A DNA stretch of 64,000 nt from an uncultured cyanobacterium (GCA_963719515.1 CAVRCJ010000010.1:640001-704000), one strand, 5' to 3'. Numbered from the stretch's first letter, positions 30,235 through 39,320 are shown. The notes: generated from the letters alone by a model not told the origin. Program-made: numbers and translations.

Positions 30235-31032
30235 ATGCAACCACCCAATGCTCAACCGCCGTCCCTGAGCATTCGTCGACTCGGTCAGCTCGGATTTATG
30301 GGCTGGATCAAGGGGTTAAGCGATCGCACGCGACTGATTATGATTGCTGGGCTACCGGCCTGCGGGCTGTTTTTATTCACGATTGCGGCGCTTCTACTCA
30401 AGCCCCCTCAGCAGGTGGAGCGGCGCGATACGGCTTCAGAGCGAGATACGATTTTAGCGGTTGCACCCACGACGTTGGCTCAAATTGCCCCAAGTATGGG
30501 GTCGATCGAAAAAGCGCAGCGGTTAATGGGGGTAATGCCGGTATACGAGTCGGCTTTGGCGGACAAATCCCAGCTCGTGCAGTCAGAGCTCATTTTGCAC
30601 GAGTCTCAGCGCCTTTTGCGGGCAGCGGAGGAAGAGGCCGGGGCAGGAGAGCCAGAAGACATCGACCAGTACGGGTTTTCTATGCCACGCTGTCGTCAGA
30701 TGATGGATACCAAGCGCTGTATCCTGCTGCGCTACGTAGGCGATGGGGTAAAGCTGATGGAGCAGGGAGAAAAAAGTCACGACGTCTATAGCTACGTTCA
30801 GGGCTATGTCCAGGCCCAAGCGGCGGCGATCGCTCTGTTTCCCGTACAGCCCATTGATGGCGGTGAAGTTCCCGTCAACAGCTGGCTCAACTACCGCGAA
30901 GGTTTGGCTTCGACAATTCCCTACCTCCCCAGCAGCGCGGCGGTGGGGCTGGGGCTAGGGGCTGAGCGCCAGCCCCTCAGCCCTGCAGAAAACCTGATCC
31001 GCCAAAATCCACTGCCGGGGGACGGTGAATAA
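30235..31032 (+). CDS. Hypothetical bitopic membrane protein
   Basis: GGAGA RBS; one TM (LIMIAG...LLL); stop overlaps the next start (TAATG). Confidence 0.8.
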   Translation: MQPPNAQPPSLSIRRLGQLGFMGWIKGLSDRTRLIMIAGLPACGLFLFTIAALLLKPPQQVERRDTASERDTILAVAPTTLAQIAPSMGSIEKAQRLMGVMPVYESALADKSQLVQSELILHESQRLLRAAEEEAGAGEPEDIDQYGFSMPRCRQMMDTKRCILLRYVGDGVKLMEQGEKSHDVYSYVQGYVQAQAAAIALFPVQPIDGGEVPVNSWLNYREGLASTIPYLPSSAAVGLGLGAERQPLSPAENLIRQNPLPGDGE

Positions 31033-32516
31033 TGGGAAAGTTTTTATCTAGCCGCATGCAAAAGTTGCTCACCTATCCCCTAGCGGGGATTGGCCTAGCC
31101 ATGGGGATTTACGGGCTGCATAGCGCCGTCACCCCTGACTATACGGTAGATGAGCAGGTAATTTCCGACCTCTACGATCAGGCGCGGCAGTGGGAATCGT
31201 TTACCCTCACCGAGTCTATGTCGAAGCGAATGGAGGGGCTGGCGATCGCTTCTATTGGCCTGGTCGCTATCGGAAGCGCGATCGCCCTTAGCAACGCCGA
31301 GCCCAACCGTCTGGTGCCCGAGAACGATAACAAAACGCCTTTGGTTCTTCCCTCCCCCCAGGAGACCCGCGAGACGCTAATCAATCGGCTAAAAGTGCTG
31401 CTCTCGAATGAGATATGGCTCAAGCAGATGATTGGCTCCCCTATCGTCATTGTCACGGGGGGTATGGGGGGCGGAAAGAGCAGCATTGCCAACGCCATTG
31501 TGGTGCTGCGGCAGATTTTGATGGCCAACGACGCCCTCATCTTCGACCCTGACGCCGATGAAGATTTAGCGGCGGGTACCTGGCTCACGGGGCAAGTGTT
31601 TGGGACCTCCAAGCAAGGCGAGTTTAGCGACATCGCTCGCGCCTACTTACCTTTGGCCCTGTCGGGGCGAGCCAAGGGCGAGCCCGCCGTCAGCGTCATT
31701 TTCGATGAGGTCTCTAAATGGGAGCGCCTCTACGGTTTGGGCAACGAAATTAACCAGCTGGTACAGTTTGGCGCTCAGGACATCCGCAAAAAGCGGGTGC
31801 AGTACATTTTTGTCCTCCATGCTGATACCCAGATCACGGCAGACATGATTCACAGCCAGCTGCCAGCGGGGCTGTTGACCTCCCTCACCACCCAGGCGGC
31901 CATTGTCCACGTGCCGGTGAAGGCCGACGACTTTGGCAGCCCTGAGCCTATAGGCTGGGTGCGCTTCAAGGCTCCTAACCAGCCCGACATTCAAGATAAC
32001 TATCAGCGCTACGCGGTGCCGGCGCTGCTCAAGCCTCAGGGTCTGCGTAACGAGAGCCAAAAGATTTTGGAGCATTTGGGCATCAAAGCTGACGTCAATC
32101 CTGGTCGTCTGATCACCCCCGAAATTGAGGAGCTGATCGGACGGCGGCTTAACCTCAGGGACCCTGAAAATATTGACCGGCTCAACCGCCTTGTAGAAGG
32201 CCCGACCGCACCAGGCATTCACGCTTCAGAAAATCGCCACATCAGCGTCGATTGGCAATATATTCCCCACGCCAAAATGGTTGTAGACTTTTTCCGCTAT
32301 CTCTTCAGCGCTTCTAGCCCCCTCAAATCGGGCGAAAATGACTTTGACGTCAGCGAGCTAGCCGTTTGGAGCGAGGGGAAAGCGCTAGAGTCTCAAGACT
32401 TCAGCGCGTTTCTAGAGATGATCAACTATTTCAACCTCGGGCGTTATACTACGGAAGACAAAAGCCGGTGGACGCCCGTTGTTTCACCCGACAGTTTGCC
32501 GCCAAGCGAACCTTAA
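31032..32516 (+). CDS. Membrane-anchored P-loop ATPase (FtsK/HerA/VirB4/coupling-protein-like)
   Basis: Two N-terminal TM segments; Walker A GGMGGGKS, LIFDPD, Walker B VIFDE, RKKRVQYIFVLH. Confidence 0.8.
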   Translation: MGKFLSSRMQKLLTYPLAGIGLAMGIYGLHSAVTPDYTVDEQVISDLYDQARQWESFTLTESMSKRMEGLAIASIGLVAIGSAIALSNAEPNRLVPENDNKTPLVLPSPQETRETLINRLKVLLSNEIWLKQMIGSPIVIVTGGMGGGKSSIANAIVVLRQILMANDALIFDPDADEDLAAGTWLTGQVFGTSKQGEFSDIARAYLPLALSGRAKGEPAVSVIFDEVSKWERLYGLGNEINQLVQFGAQDIRKKRVQYIFVLHADTQITADMIHSQLPAGLLTSLTTQAAIVHVPVKADDFGSPEPIGWVRFKAPNQPDIQDNYQRYAVPALLKPQGLRNESQKILEHLGIKADVNPGRLITPEIEELIGRRLNLRDPENIDRLNRLVEGPTAPGIHASENRHISVDWQYIPHAKMVVDFFRYLFSASSPLKSGENDFDVSELAVWSEGKALESQDFSAFLEMINYFNLGRYTTEDKSRWTPVVSPDSLPPSEP

Positions 32517-32551
32517 CGAAACTTCTAGCCCGTCAGCTCGAAGGAGACATT

Positions 32552-32959
32552 ATGACCAAGTACAACGACGACCATGTCGTCATCAATATGGAAGGCGAAA
32601 GCGATCGCCACCACAGAACGGGGCCAATGACGGAGATTGGCCGCGGTATGGGCAGTATCTTTTGGGGAATCCGCAATCCCCTCCGCACTGGGCTGCGAGG
32701 GTTTGGGCTATTTTGCTCGACCATGGGGTTGATTGCGGTTGGTGCTGGCGTGGTTTATATGATCAAAGGGGAGCATGGCCCAGCGCGCTTGAGTTCTCAC
32801 CCCGTCGATCTCGGACGCTGGGGCGCGAAGAATCTGGTATCTCCTCTGTTTGAGCCTCTCCTAGATAGACCCAAAGAGTCTGACAACATTATTACCGGCG
32901 CTCGCGACAAGCCCATCGAGTCTTTAGAAGATCTCTACCGGCGCGATTCTGAAGAGTAA
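32552..32959 (+). CDS. Hypothetical single-TM protein
   Basis: AAGGAG RBS; one hydrophobic segment. Confidence 0.75.
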   Translation: MTKYNDDHVVINMEGESDRHHRTGPMTEIGRGMGSIFWGIRNPLRTGLRGFGLFCSTMGLIAVGAGVVYMIKGEHGPARLSSHPVDLGRWGAKNLVSPLFEPLLDRPKESDNIITGARDKPIESLEDLYRRDSEE

Positions 32960-32995
32960 GGGGTCTAACTCCTGAAAGAATTCTGAGGACTAGGA

Positions 32996-34096
32996 ATGGC
33001 TCGGATCACGATTGTTAATCAGCGGCTGTTTTCCTCCCCTAGAGCGCGGAGGCAGCGGCGGTTTAGCACCGGTTTGTCTACTCTCATCATGGCTATTCTA
33101 CTGGTGGGTCTGTGGTTCTCTCCTTGGAGGGATTCAGCTTGGCAGAGCGTTCGCCACCTTTACGGTCAGCTGCGGCTGAGACACCTAGGTCGCGTCGTTC
33201 CAGGAACCTACAGCGGCTATACCCTCACCCAGCATCAGGCCGACGTCGCCAACGCAATTATCCGCGCTGGAATATCGGCGGGCGCTAGCGAATACGACAT
33301 CAAGGTTGCGCTGATGACGGCGCTAGCCGAGAGCGATTTGCGGGCGTTGGACTACGGTGATTTAGATTCTATCAATGCGTTTCAGCAGCGGCCTTCTCAA
33401 GATTGGCCTGACACTACCGACACGTTCACGGCGGCGCGAGCCTTCTTCGACGGCCACGGCACTAATATAGGGCTCTTGGACATTCGCGATCGCCTCCGCC
33501 GCGATGCGGGGTCCCTGGCCCAAGAGGTGCAGCGGTCGGCTTACCCAGAGCGCTACGGGGAGTTTGAGCAAGTTGCTGAGGAAATCGTCTTTACGGCCCG
33601 TAAGCCGCTAGAGGAAACCCGGTCGCTGACGGACGTCGCCCTGAGCGCCCTCAACGCTCGCCCAGAGGAACAGGTCTTTCCGCTCAAGGGTAAAACCATC
33701 GCCTCCAGCGAGGTGACGAGCGAATTTGGCTGGCGCTATGGAGGGGGCCGGCGGGAGGGGAGCGAGCGTAATTTTCACCAGGGCATTGATTTGGCCTGCG
33801 CCTACGGAGAACCCGTTACCGCTGTAGAAGCGGGGGTGGTGGAGCATGTCAACAGCGACCCGGACGGCTACGGCGCTCAGGCGATCGCCCTGATTGCCCG
33901 AGACGGCACGGAGTTTTTGTATGGCCACATTCAAAAGCGGCTGGTTCAAAACGGAGAGCTGGTGAACGCAGGGGCGATTGTGGCGGAGTGCGGCAGCGAA
34001 GGGAACAGCAGCGGCCCCCACCTGCATTTTGAGATGTGGTACGGCAGTCAGCCGAAAAATCCACGGGGGTACCTGGAGGGGCTGGGGCCGAGCTGA
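32996..34096 (+). CDS. Membrane-anchored peptidoglycan hydrolase: lysozyme/transglycosylase-like + M23 peptidase
   Basis: ALMTALAES...DYGDLDSINAFQQRPSQDW; M23 motifs HQGID, YGH and GPHLHFE. Confidence 0.88.
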   Translation: MARITIVNQRLFSSPRARRQRRFSTGLSTLIMAILLVGLWFSPWRDSAWQSVRHLYGQLRLRHLGRVVPGTYSGYTLTQHQADVANAIIRAGISAGASEYDIKVALMTALAESDLRALDYGDLDSINAFQQRPSQDWPDTTDTFTAARAFFDGHGTNIGLLDIRDRLRRDAGSLAQEVQRSAYPERYGEFEQVAEEIVFTARKPLEETRSLTDVALSALNARPEEQVFPLKGKTIASSEVTSEFGWRYGGGRREGSERNFHQGIDLACAYGEPVTAVEAGVVEHVNSDPDGYGAQAIALIARDGTEFLYGHIQKRLVQNGELVNAGAIVAECGSEGNSSGPHLHFEMWYGSQPKNPRGYLEGLGPS

Positions 34097-34110
34097 TTAG
34101 GGCAGTCAGT

Positions 34111-35064
34111 CTAGCGGAAAAAGCAGGTGGTGCCGCTGTAGAGCAAAGTGACTTCAGCATCTGGGCTATCGCCGCTGAGAATGCCGCCAAGGCCGCCCTC
34201 AAAAAACTCGAAGCCCAGCGTGCTCTCCTGCACATCAGCATCCACAATCTGGTCTAGCTCACGGCGGGTCAGGCCGACGCCAATGCCGTTCAGCGTCGTC
34301 AGTCGCTCAGCGCCCGCGCCGCCACTGACGACCCACCCCGCGAACTCCCCTTCCGACGACAACACCGCCAGCCCATCGGGCCAGCCCGTAATCGTGAGCG
34401 GACCCGCGCCGCATTCTGGATTTAGGCCGCGCTCGCTCGGCTCTCCCCGCAGGTTGGTCAACACCGAAACCAGGTCGCTATCCGCCAGACCAAACGGCAG
34501 CGCTCGCGTCGACCCCGTTGATGGGTTCACCAGCCGCAGCCCCTCTGAATCAAGGGCCAGAACTGAGGATTGCGCTTCAGGTTGGGCCGTCCGCCAGCGG
34601 TCAGCCTGCTCCAAACACCCATCGATAAACTGGTTGAAGACCCAGCCATCAAACGGCTCAAAAACCACCCAGCCGTCAAACGGCTCGTTCTCGCCCGGCG
34701 GAAAGCCAAACACTCTGGCGGCTAGCTTCACCCAGTTGCCTGCGCGATATTCGGCCCGCACCCCATCCCCACTGTTGAGCTGGGTAACCGTTGTGTACTC
34801 AAGCCCCGGCCCTCGACGAATGTTAACGTTGTCCCCGGTGATCAAGCTGCAGGCGGTGGTTTCCTGTAATTCAACGGCGTAGTCGGCGTTATCGGAGTCT
34901 AAGGGCGCTTGGGCCAGGGGCAGTGATGTAGACTCTTCCAGAATCCTGGGTTGGCCCAGCAGGAGCGGCGCACCGTCTGCGGCATCGGCAGCGCTCGGAC
35001 AGAGCAGCGACGCACATAGCCCCACAAACCAGACGTGAGCAGACAAGACTTTAGAGAGGGGCAT
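34111..35064 (-). CDS. Secreted bacterial SH3-domain protein
   Basis: Signal peptide; VNIRRGPGLEY...WVKL...GWV; internal EPFDGWV duplication. Confidence 0.8.
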   Translation of the reverse strand: MPLSKVLSAHVWFVGLCASLLCPSAADAADGAPLLLGQPRILEESTSLPLAQAPLDSDNADYAVELQETTACSLITGDNVNIRRGPGLEYTTVTQLNSGDGVRAEYRAGNWVKLAARVFGFPPGENEPFDGWVVFEPFDGWVFNQFIDGCLEQADRWRTAQPEAQSSVLALDSEGLRLVNPSTGSTRALPFGLADSDLVSVLTNLRGEPSERGLNPECGAGPLTITGWPDGLAVLSSEGEFAGWVVSGGAGAERLTTLNGIGVGLTRRELDQIVDADVQESTLGFEFFEGGLGGILSGDSPDAEVTLLYSGTTCFFR

Positions 35065-35102
35065 AGCGGCGAATCAGTAGGGTAAGGCGGGCAAACCGGT
35101 GA

Positions 35103-35156
35103 GGCTTTAATTTCACTGGTAAGGTTTTAATTTCACTACGGTTTTAATTTCACTAC
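35103..35156. repeat. Three copies of GG(T/C)TTTAATTTCACT
   Basis: Read directly in a divergent promoter region. Confidence 0.85.
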
Positions 35157-35221
35157 AAAAGCGTAGCAGCACCAGCAGAGGTGTTGCTACCGAGGCCAGC
35201 AACGATTTGTAAATTCCCGCC

Positions 35222-35240
35222 TTGTAATCAATTGTTACAA
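35222..35240. promoter_or_regulatory. Palindromic candidate operator upstream of the cryptochrome/photolyase gene
   Basis: TTGTAA-TCAATTG-TTACAA. Confidence 0.4.
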
Positions 35241-35305
35241 TTGAAGAAGGCGTTGTTCGCTCAGAAAGATTCCCCGAAAGTATTTGCCTAGCCCTCGGCT
35301 TTGCC

Positions 35306-36982
35306 ATGAACTGTACCCTCGTCTGGTTCCGCCGCGATCTCCGCATCCACGACCACGCTCCTCTCTACCGCGCGGCGCGACGCGGCGCGGTGGTGCCCGT
35401 GTTTGTTCTAGACAGGGCTCTGTTGCACCACCCCGAGACTGCCCCGGCCCGCGTCCAGTTCATGCTAGAGAGCCTCGGCACCCTAGATCAAGACCTGCGA
35501 TCGCGCGGGGGACGGCTTATTTTGCGCTACGGCGACCCGGTAGACATCCTGCCTGAGCTGGTGCGGCAAACCCAGGCCGAGGGCATCTACGCCTACGTGG
35601 ACTTTGAGCGGATCTACGGGCGGGTGCGGGACGCCAAGCTCAACCAGAGGCTAGCCGAGCGGGGCATGAAGATCCGTTGGTTTGAGCCCCCGGGCACCAC
35701 TTCTAAGATGGTGTCCTACCCCCGCTACCGCAGCCTGTGGTTTGAGCAGATGAACGAGCCGCAGGTCCCTGCGCCTCAGCAGGTGACGGTGCCCGAAGAC
35801 GCGATGAGCGATCCGCTGCCCAAGCTCAGGGAGCTGGATCTTTTCCCCGACGGCAAGCCCATGCCGCCCGCAGGCATCGCGGCGGCGCGGCGGCTATTGA
35901 CAGAGTTTTTAGAGCAAAAGACCGAGCGCTATTACTGGCAGCTCTCTTACCCTGGCGCAGAGGCCACTTCCGGCATCAGCCCCCACGTCAAGTTTGGCGC
36001 GATTTCCGTGCGGGAGTGCTACCAGACGGCCCGGGCTTTCGAGGCCACCAGCTACCGCACCCGGCGCAGCCAGGAGCAGTTCATCTCCCGGCTGCGGTGG
36101 GGCAGCGGCTTCGCTCAGCGGTTCCGCTACCTGCCCCAGCTAGAGCTGCGATCGCTCTACAAAGTCTTTGACGAAGACGGCTGGGAGTTTGACGACGGGC
36201 TGTACGAGGCCTGGCAGCAGGGGCAGACAGGCTTCCCCATCGTTGACGCCGCTGCCCGCTGCCTAATGGAGACAGGAGGATGGCAGGCGCTGAACTTTCG
36301 CAGTCGGGCGCTGTACGCCAGCTTTTTAAGCAACCTGATGGGTATAGACTGGCGATTCGGGGCACTGCACTTTATGCGCCACCTAATAGACGGCGACTGC
36401 CCCATTGACCATTACCAATGGGCCATGCAGTCGGGGGTGACCCACTGCGTGAATCAGACCTGGACCCGCATCTACAACCCGGAGCAGTGCGCCGTAGACC
36501 GCTGTGACCCGGAGGGCACCTTTATTAAGCGCTGGGTGCCTGAGGTGGCGCACTTGGCCCCCTGCCAGCTGGGCTTTCCCCCCCGGCTGAAGAACTACCC
36601 GCCCCCAATTTTGAACTACCGCGAGGCGAGGCAGAAGCGCGTGGCGCAGCTAGAGCGGCAGCGGCAGCCGTTTTTGGCTGAGGCCAACCTGCTGCCCCAC
36701 CTGGCTCAGATGCCTGCGTCGGTGGTGCCCTTTGGCAGCGAGCGCCCTTTCGGGCGGGTCTCCGACCAACGCTACGAGAGTGAGGTGGGCTGGGCTGAGG
36801 AGGAGCATTTGCCCCTGTTTCCGCTGCCGCTGGATTTGGCGGCGCTGGGTGAGGGCGAAGCCAAGGCGCTGCGCAGCTGGTTTGTGGCCAGTCGACGGGT
36901 GCCGTCACGGGGGACCGGCAGACAGCAGAGGGCGCAGTGGCAGAAGGCGGAGGCGCCAGGGCAGCTTTCGCTGCTGGGCTAG
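35306..36982 (+). CDS. Cryptochrome/DNA photolyase family flavoprotein
   Basis: WFRRDLRIHD, TSGISPHVKFG, GQTGFPIVDA, IDWRFG, LIDGD. Confidence 0.92.
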   Translation: MNCTLVWFRRDLRIHDHAPLYRAARRGAVVPVFVLDRALLHHPETAPARVQFMLESLGTLDQDLRSRGGRLILRYGDPVDILPELVRQTQAEGIYAYVDFERIYGRVRDAKLNQRLAERGMKIRWFEPPGTTSKMVSYPRYRSLWFEQMNEPQVPAPQQVTVPEDAMSDPLPKLRELDLFPDGKPMPPAGIAAARRLLTEFLEQKTERYYWQLSYPGAEATSGISPHVKFGAISVRECYQTARAFEATSYRTRRSQEQFISRLRWGSGFAQRFRYLPQLELRSLYKVFDEDGWEFDDGLYEAWQQGQTGFPIVDAAARCLMETGGWQALNFRSRALYASFLSNLMGIDWRFGALHFMRHLIDGDCPIDHYQWAMQSGVTHCVNQTWTRIYNPEQCAVDRCDPEGTFIKRWVPEVAHLAPCQLGFPPRLKNYPPPILNYREARQKRVAQLERQRQPFLAEANLLPHLAQMPASVVPFGSERPFGRVSDQRYESEVGWAEEEHLPLFPLPLDLAALGEGEAKALRSWFVASRRVPSRGTGRQQRAQWQKAEAPGQLSLLG

Positions 36983-37117
36983 GAGCGGGTGACCTGAGCA
37001 CTACTCTAGGATTGCCGTCAGCATTTGGAATAGTTCATTGAGGTCGGCAGGAACGCGGTGAAGGCTGAGGTCTTGCTCTGACCTTACCCCGAAAAAGTGG
37101 ACACCCCCAAAGAGAGG

Positions 37118-37489
37118 CTAAAGCTGAGAGATTTGTTCTGCTAATTGAAAGTCTAGATCGGTTAAACCGTCCGCATCGTGGGTGGTGAGCCTTAGGGTGA
37201 CGCGGTTGTAGCTGATGGTGATGTCGGGATGATGGCCTAATGCTTCGGCGGGTTCTACTAGACTATTGACGAAGGCGATCGCTTCCACGAAGTCGGCGAA
37301 GCTGCGCTGATACTGCAGGGTCTGCCCTTCTCGGCTCCAGGGTTCGGGAAGCGTCTGCAGGCGCTGGGTGATTTCGGTTTCGGTGAGGGGCGCGGGGTGA
37401 CTGGCCGTGGGGGGCGAGAGGGCGACCGCTTGGTGGGCGAGCAGCCAAATTAGGCTGAGCGCTATGAGCAGGACCGGGATACGTTTCAT
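37118..37489 (-). CDS. Pterin-4a-carbinolamine dehydratase with signal peptide
   Basis: FADFVEAIAFVN..AEALGHHPDI..LTTHDADGLTDLDF. Confidence 0.9.
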   Translation of the reverse strand: MKRIPVLLIALSLIWLLAHQAVALSPPTASHPAPLTETEITQRLQTLPEPWSREGQTLQYQRSFADFVEAIAFVNSLVEPAEALGHHPDITISYNRVTLRLTTHDADGLTDLDFQLAEQISQL

Positions 37490-37613
37490 TGTGGTGATGT
37501 TTTGGGGATGGGTGAGTATAGCCATTAGCGGGCGATCGCTCTATTTTGTAGGCAATAATTGACCTAGCGCGTTTGCCTCGGGCAGCCGTCTTGTTCTTGC
37601 TTTCACCTACAGT

Positions 37614-37758
37614 ATGTCTTCTAGCCCTGATGCTCAGACCATCTTATTTTTGGCGTCTAACCCAGACGGGCTGCGGCGCTGTTGCCCCCGACAACGTCAC
37701 CATCGTTGCCGGTGAAGAAGGCGGGCGAATTCACTTTCTGCGTCTAGAGCGCGGATAA
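37614..37758 (+). pseudogene. Deletion relic of a CHAT...WD40 protein
   Basis: MSSSPDAQTILFLASNPDGLR (CHAT start) is joined out of frame to AVAPDNVTIVAGEEGGRIHFLRLE (WD40 end). Confidence 0.65.
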
Positions 37759-37807
37759 AACCCCAAAATGCCCGACGCCGCTTCAGCATGGCGGTAGCTT
37801 AATCTCA

Positions 37808-38729
37808 ATGGGTAAGCCCATCAAGCCCATACCTACCTCAATGTTTGAGCCATTCATCCCGCCAGAAGCGCAAAAAATACGGGATCCAGAAGCGATCGCT
37901 CTCTTGCGTCAGCTCCGCCGCTACCCGATTGCGGTACCGGGCTGGGGAGAAGTCGCCACCGCTGCCATTACCCCCCAGACTAGCCAGCCGTGTGACCCTG
38001 CCCCTTTGCTGCTGCTGCACGGCTTCGATAGCTCCCTGCTAGAATTTCGCCGCCTGGTGCCTCACCTGCCCCACTGGCCGCTATACGCCCTGGATCTACT
38101 GGGATCGGGCTTTACAGCCTGCCCTGCCACCGTACCCGTCACCCCGCAGACCATCCGGCAGCACCTGTATCACAGCTGGAAGGCCCTGATCGATCGCCCC
38201 GTTACCTTGCTGGGGGCGTCCTTGGGCGGGGCGGTGGCGATGGACTTTGCCTTGGCTCACCCGGAGTGTGTGGCGCGGCTAGTGCTTGGTAGATAGCGTC
38301 GGCTTTTCCGGCAGCTTTACTTTGGGGCCGTGGCTGGGGACGCCGCTGCTGGCCCTGGGGGCGGACTGGCTTCGCTGGCGGAAGGGCATGGCCTTTCATA
38401 CGCTGAATGCCTTGGCTCAGGTAGGAGGCGACCCTGACCTACCGGATATGGTGCTCTGCGCCTCACTGCACCAGGGGATGCCGGGGTGGCAGCGGGCGGT
38501 GGTGTCCTTTAGCCAAAGCGGCGGGTATGGGGGCTTGGCAGCGCGAATTGGTAATATCGCGCTGCCGACGCTGATTTTGTGGGGCGATCGCGACAATACT
38601 CTGGATAGAGAAGACCCCTATCGCTTTGAGCGGGCGATCGCGGACAGTCGTTTGGTGTGGATTCGCGGTGCGGGGCATGTGCCCCACCTGGAGCAGCCGG
38701 ATGCGGTGGCGCGATCGCTGCAGCTTTGA
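37808..38729 (+). pseudogene. Alpha/beta hydrolase, frameshifted at about 38288 (or sequencing error)
   Basis: LLHGFDSS and GASLGG in one frame; VDS...LWGDRD...GAGHVPHLEQP in the next. Confidence 0.8.
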
Positions 38730-38765
38730 CCGACCCCCGCATCTATACAGACGGCGATTATGGGG

Positions 38766-39140
38766 CTAGCGCAGAGGCCGCTGCTGCACCAGGTAGCTGA
38801 GCACCTGGCCTTGGGCGGGGGTGATGTGGACACCCTGCTCCCCAATGGCAATCAGCGGGGTCCATAGCCGCCATTCCACGTACTGCAGCACGTGCAGCCG
38901 GTTGATGGCGTGGCGAACGCCTTCGGGGGAACCGATGATGATGTGACGCAAATGTGAGTCTTCGACTGGTCCTGAAGGACCAACACAGCCGGGAGCTGGG
39001 GAGGGCTCGATCAGGGTAGGGATAGCGGGTTCGGCTTCTAGAGGGGAGTCTAGCCGCTGCGCGAGCTGGTCCGCTGCGGGGTTTTGGGCCGCTGCGAACT
39101 GTGCCGCCCGATGGGGCAGCGAAAGGTATTGAGTTGTCAT
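38766..39140 (-). CDS. Cyanobacterial hypothetical protein (RHIIIGSP...LHVLQY...W family)
   Basis: GGAG RBS; C-terminal domain of a type I recognise as common in cyanobacteria. Confidence 0.75.
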   Translation of the reverse strand: MTTQYLSLPHRAAQFAAAQNPAADQLAQRLDSPLEAEPAIPTLIEPSPAPGCVGPSGPVEDSHLRHIIIGSPEGVRHAINRLHVLQYVEWRLWTPLIAIGEQGVHITPAQGQVLSYLVQQRPLR

Positions 39141-39320
39141 GAGGGACTCCGTTTTGTGGATTGTGTTGGAGTCCCCCGCCGACCGGACATCCGCGACGTT
39201 TTGGGGTTTGGGATGGCCGGGTAATATCATTACTCCAGGCCGGTCCCGATAGCCAACACCTATCGTGGGGGCTTAGGAGCTGCATGTTGTGACTGCAACA
39301 TGTGGCTCCGCCCAGACCGA
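39141..39320 (-). promoter_or_regulatory. Structured 5' leader (candidate translational switch)
   Basis: Several stems; RBS-occluding GGGACTCC/GGAGTCCC; loop GTGTTGG is complementary to CCAACAC. Confidence 0.55.

Noticed and set aside
30235..34096. Inovirus/prophage or complete ICE
   Set aside because: No small capsid-like ORFs, Rep/relaxase, integrase or att repeats seen.
34148..34882. 244-aa plus-strand ORF and many similar overlapping ORFs in the track
   Set aside because: Shadow ORFs opposite or overlapping well-supported genes in GC-rich DNA.
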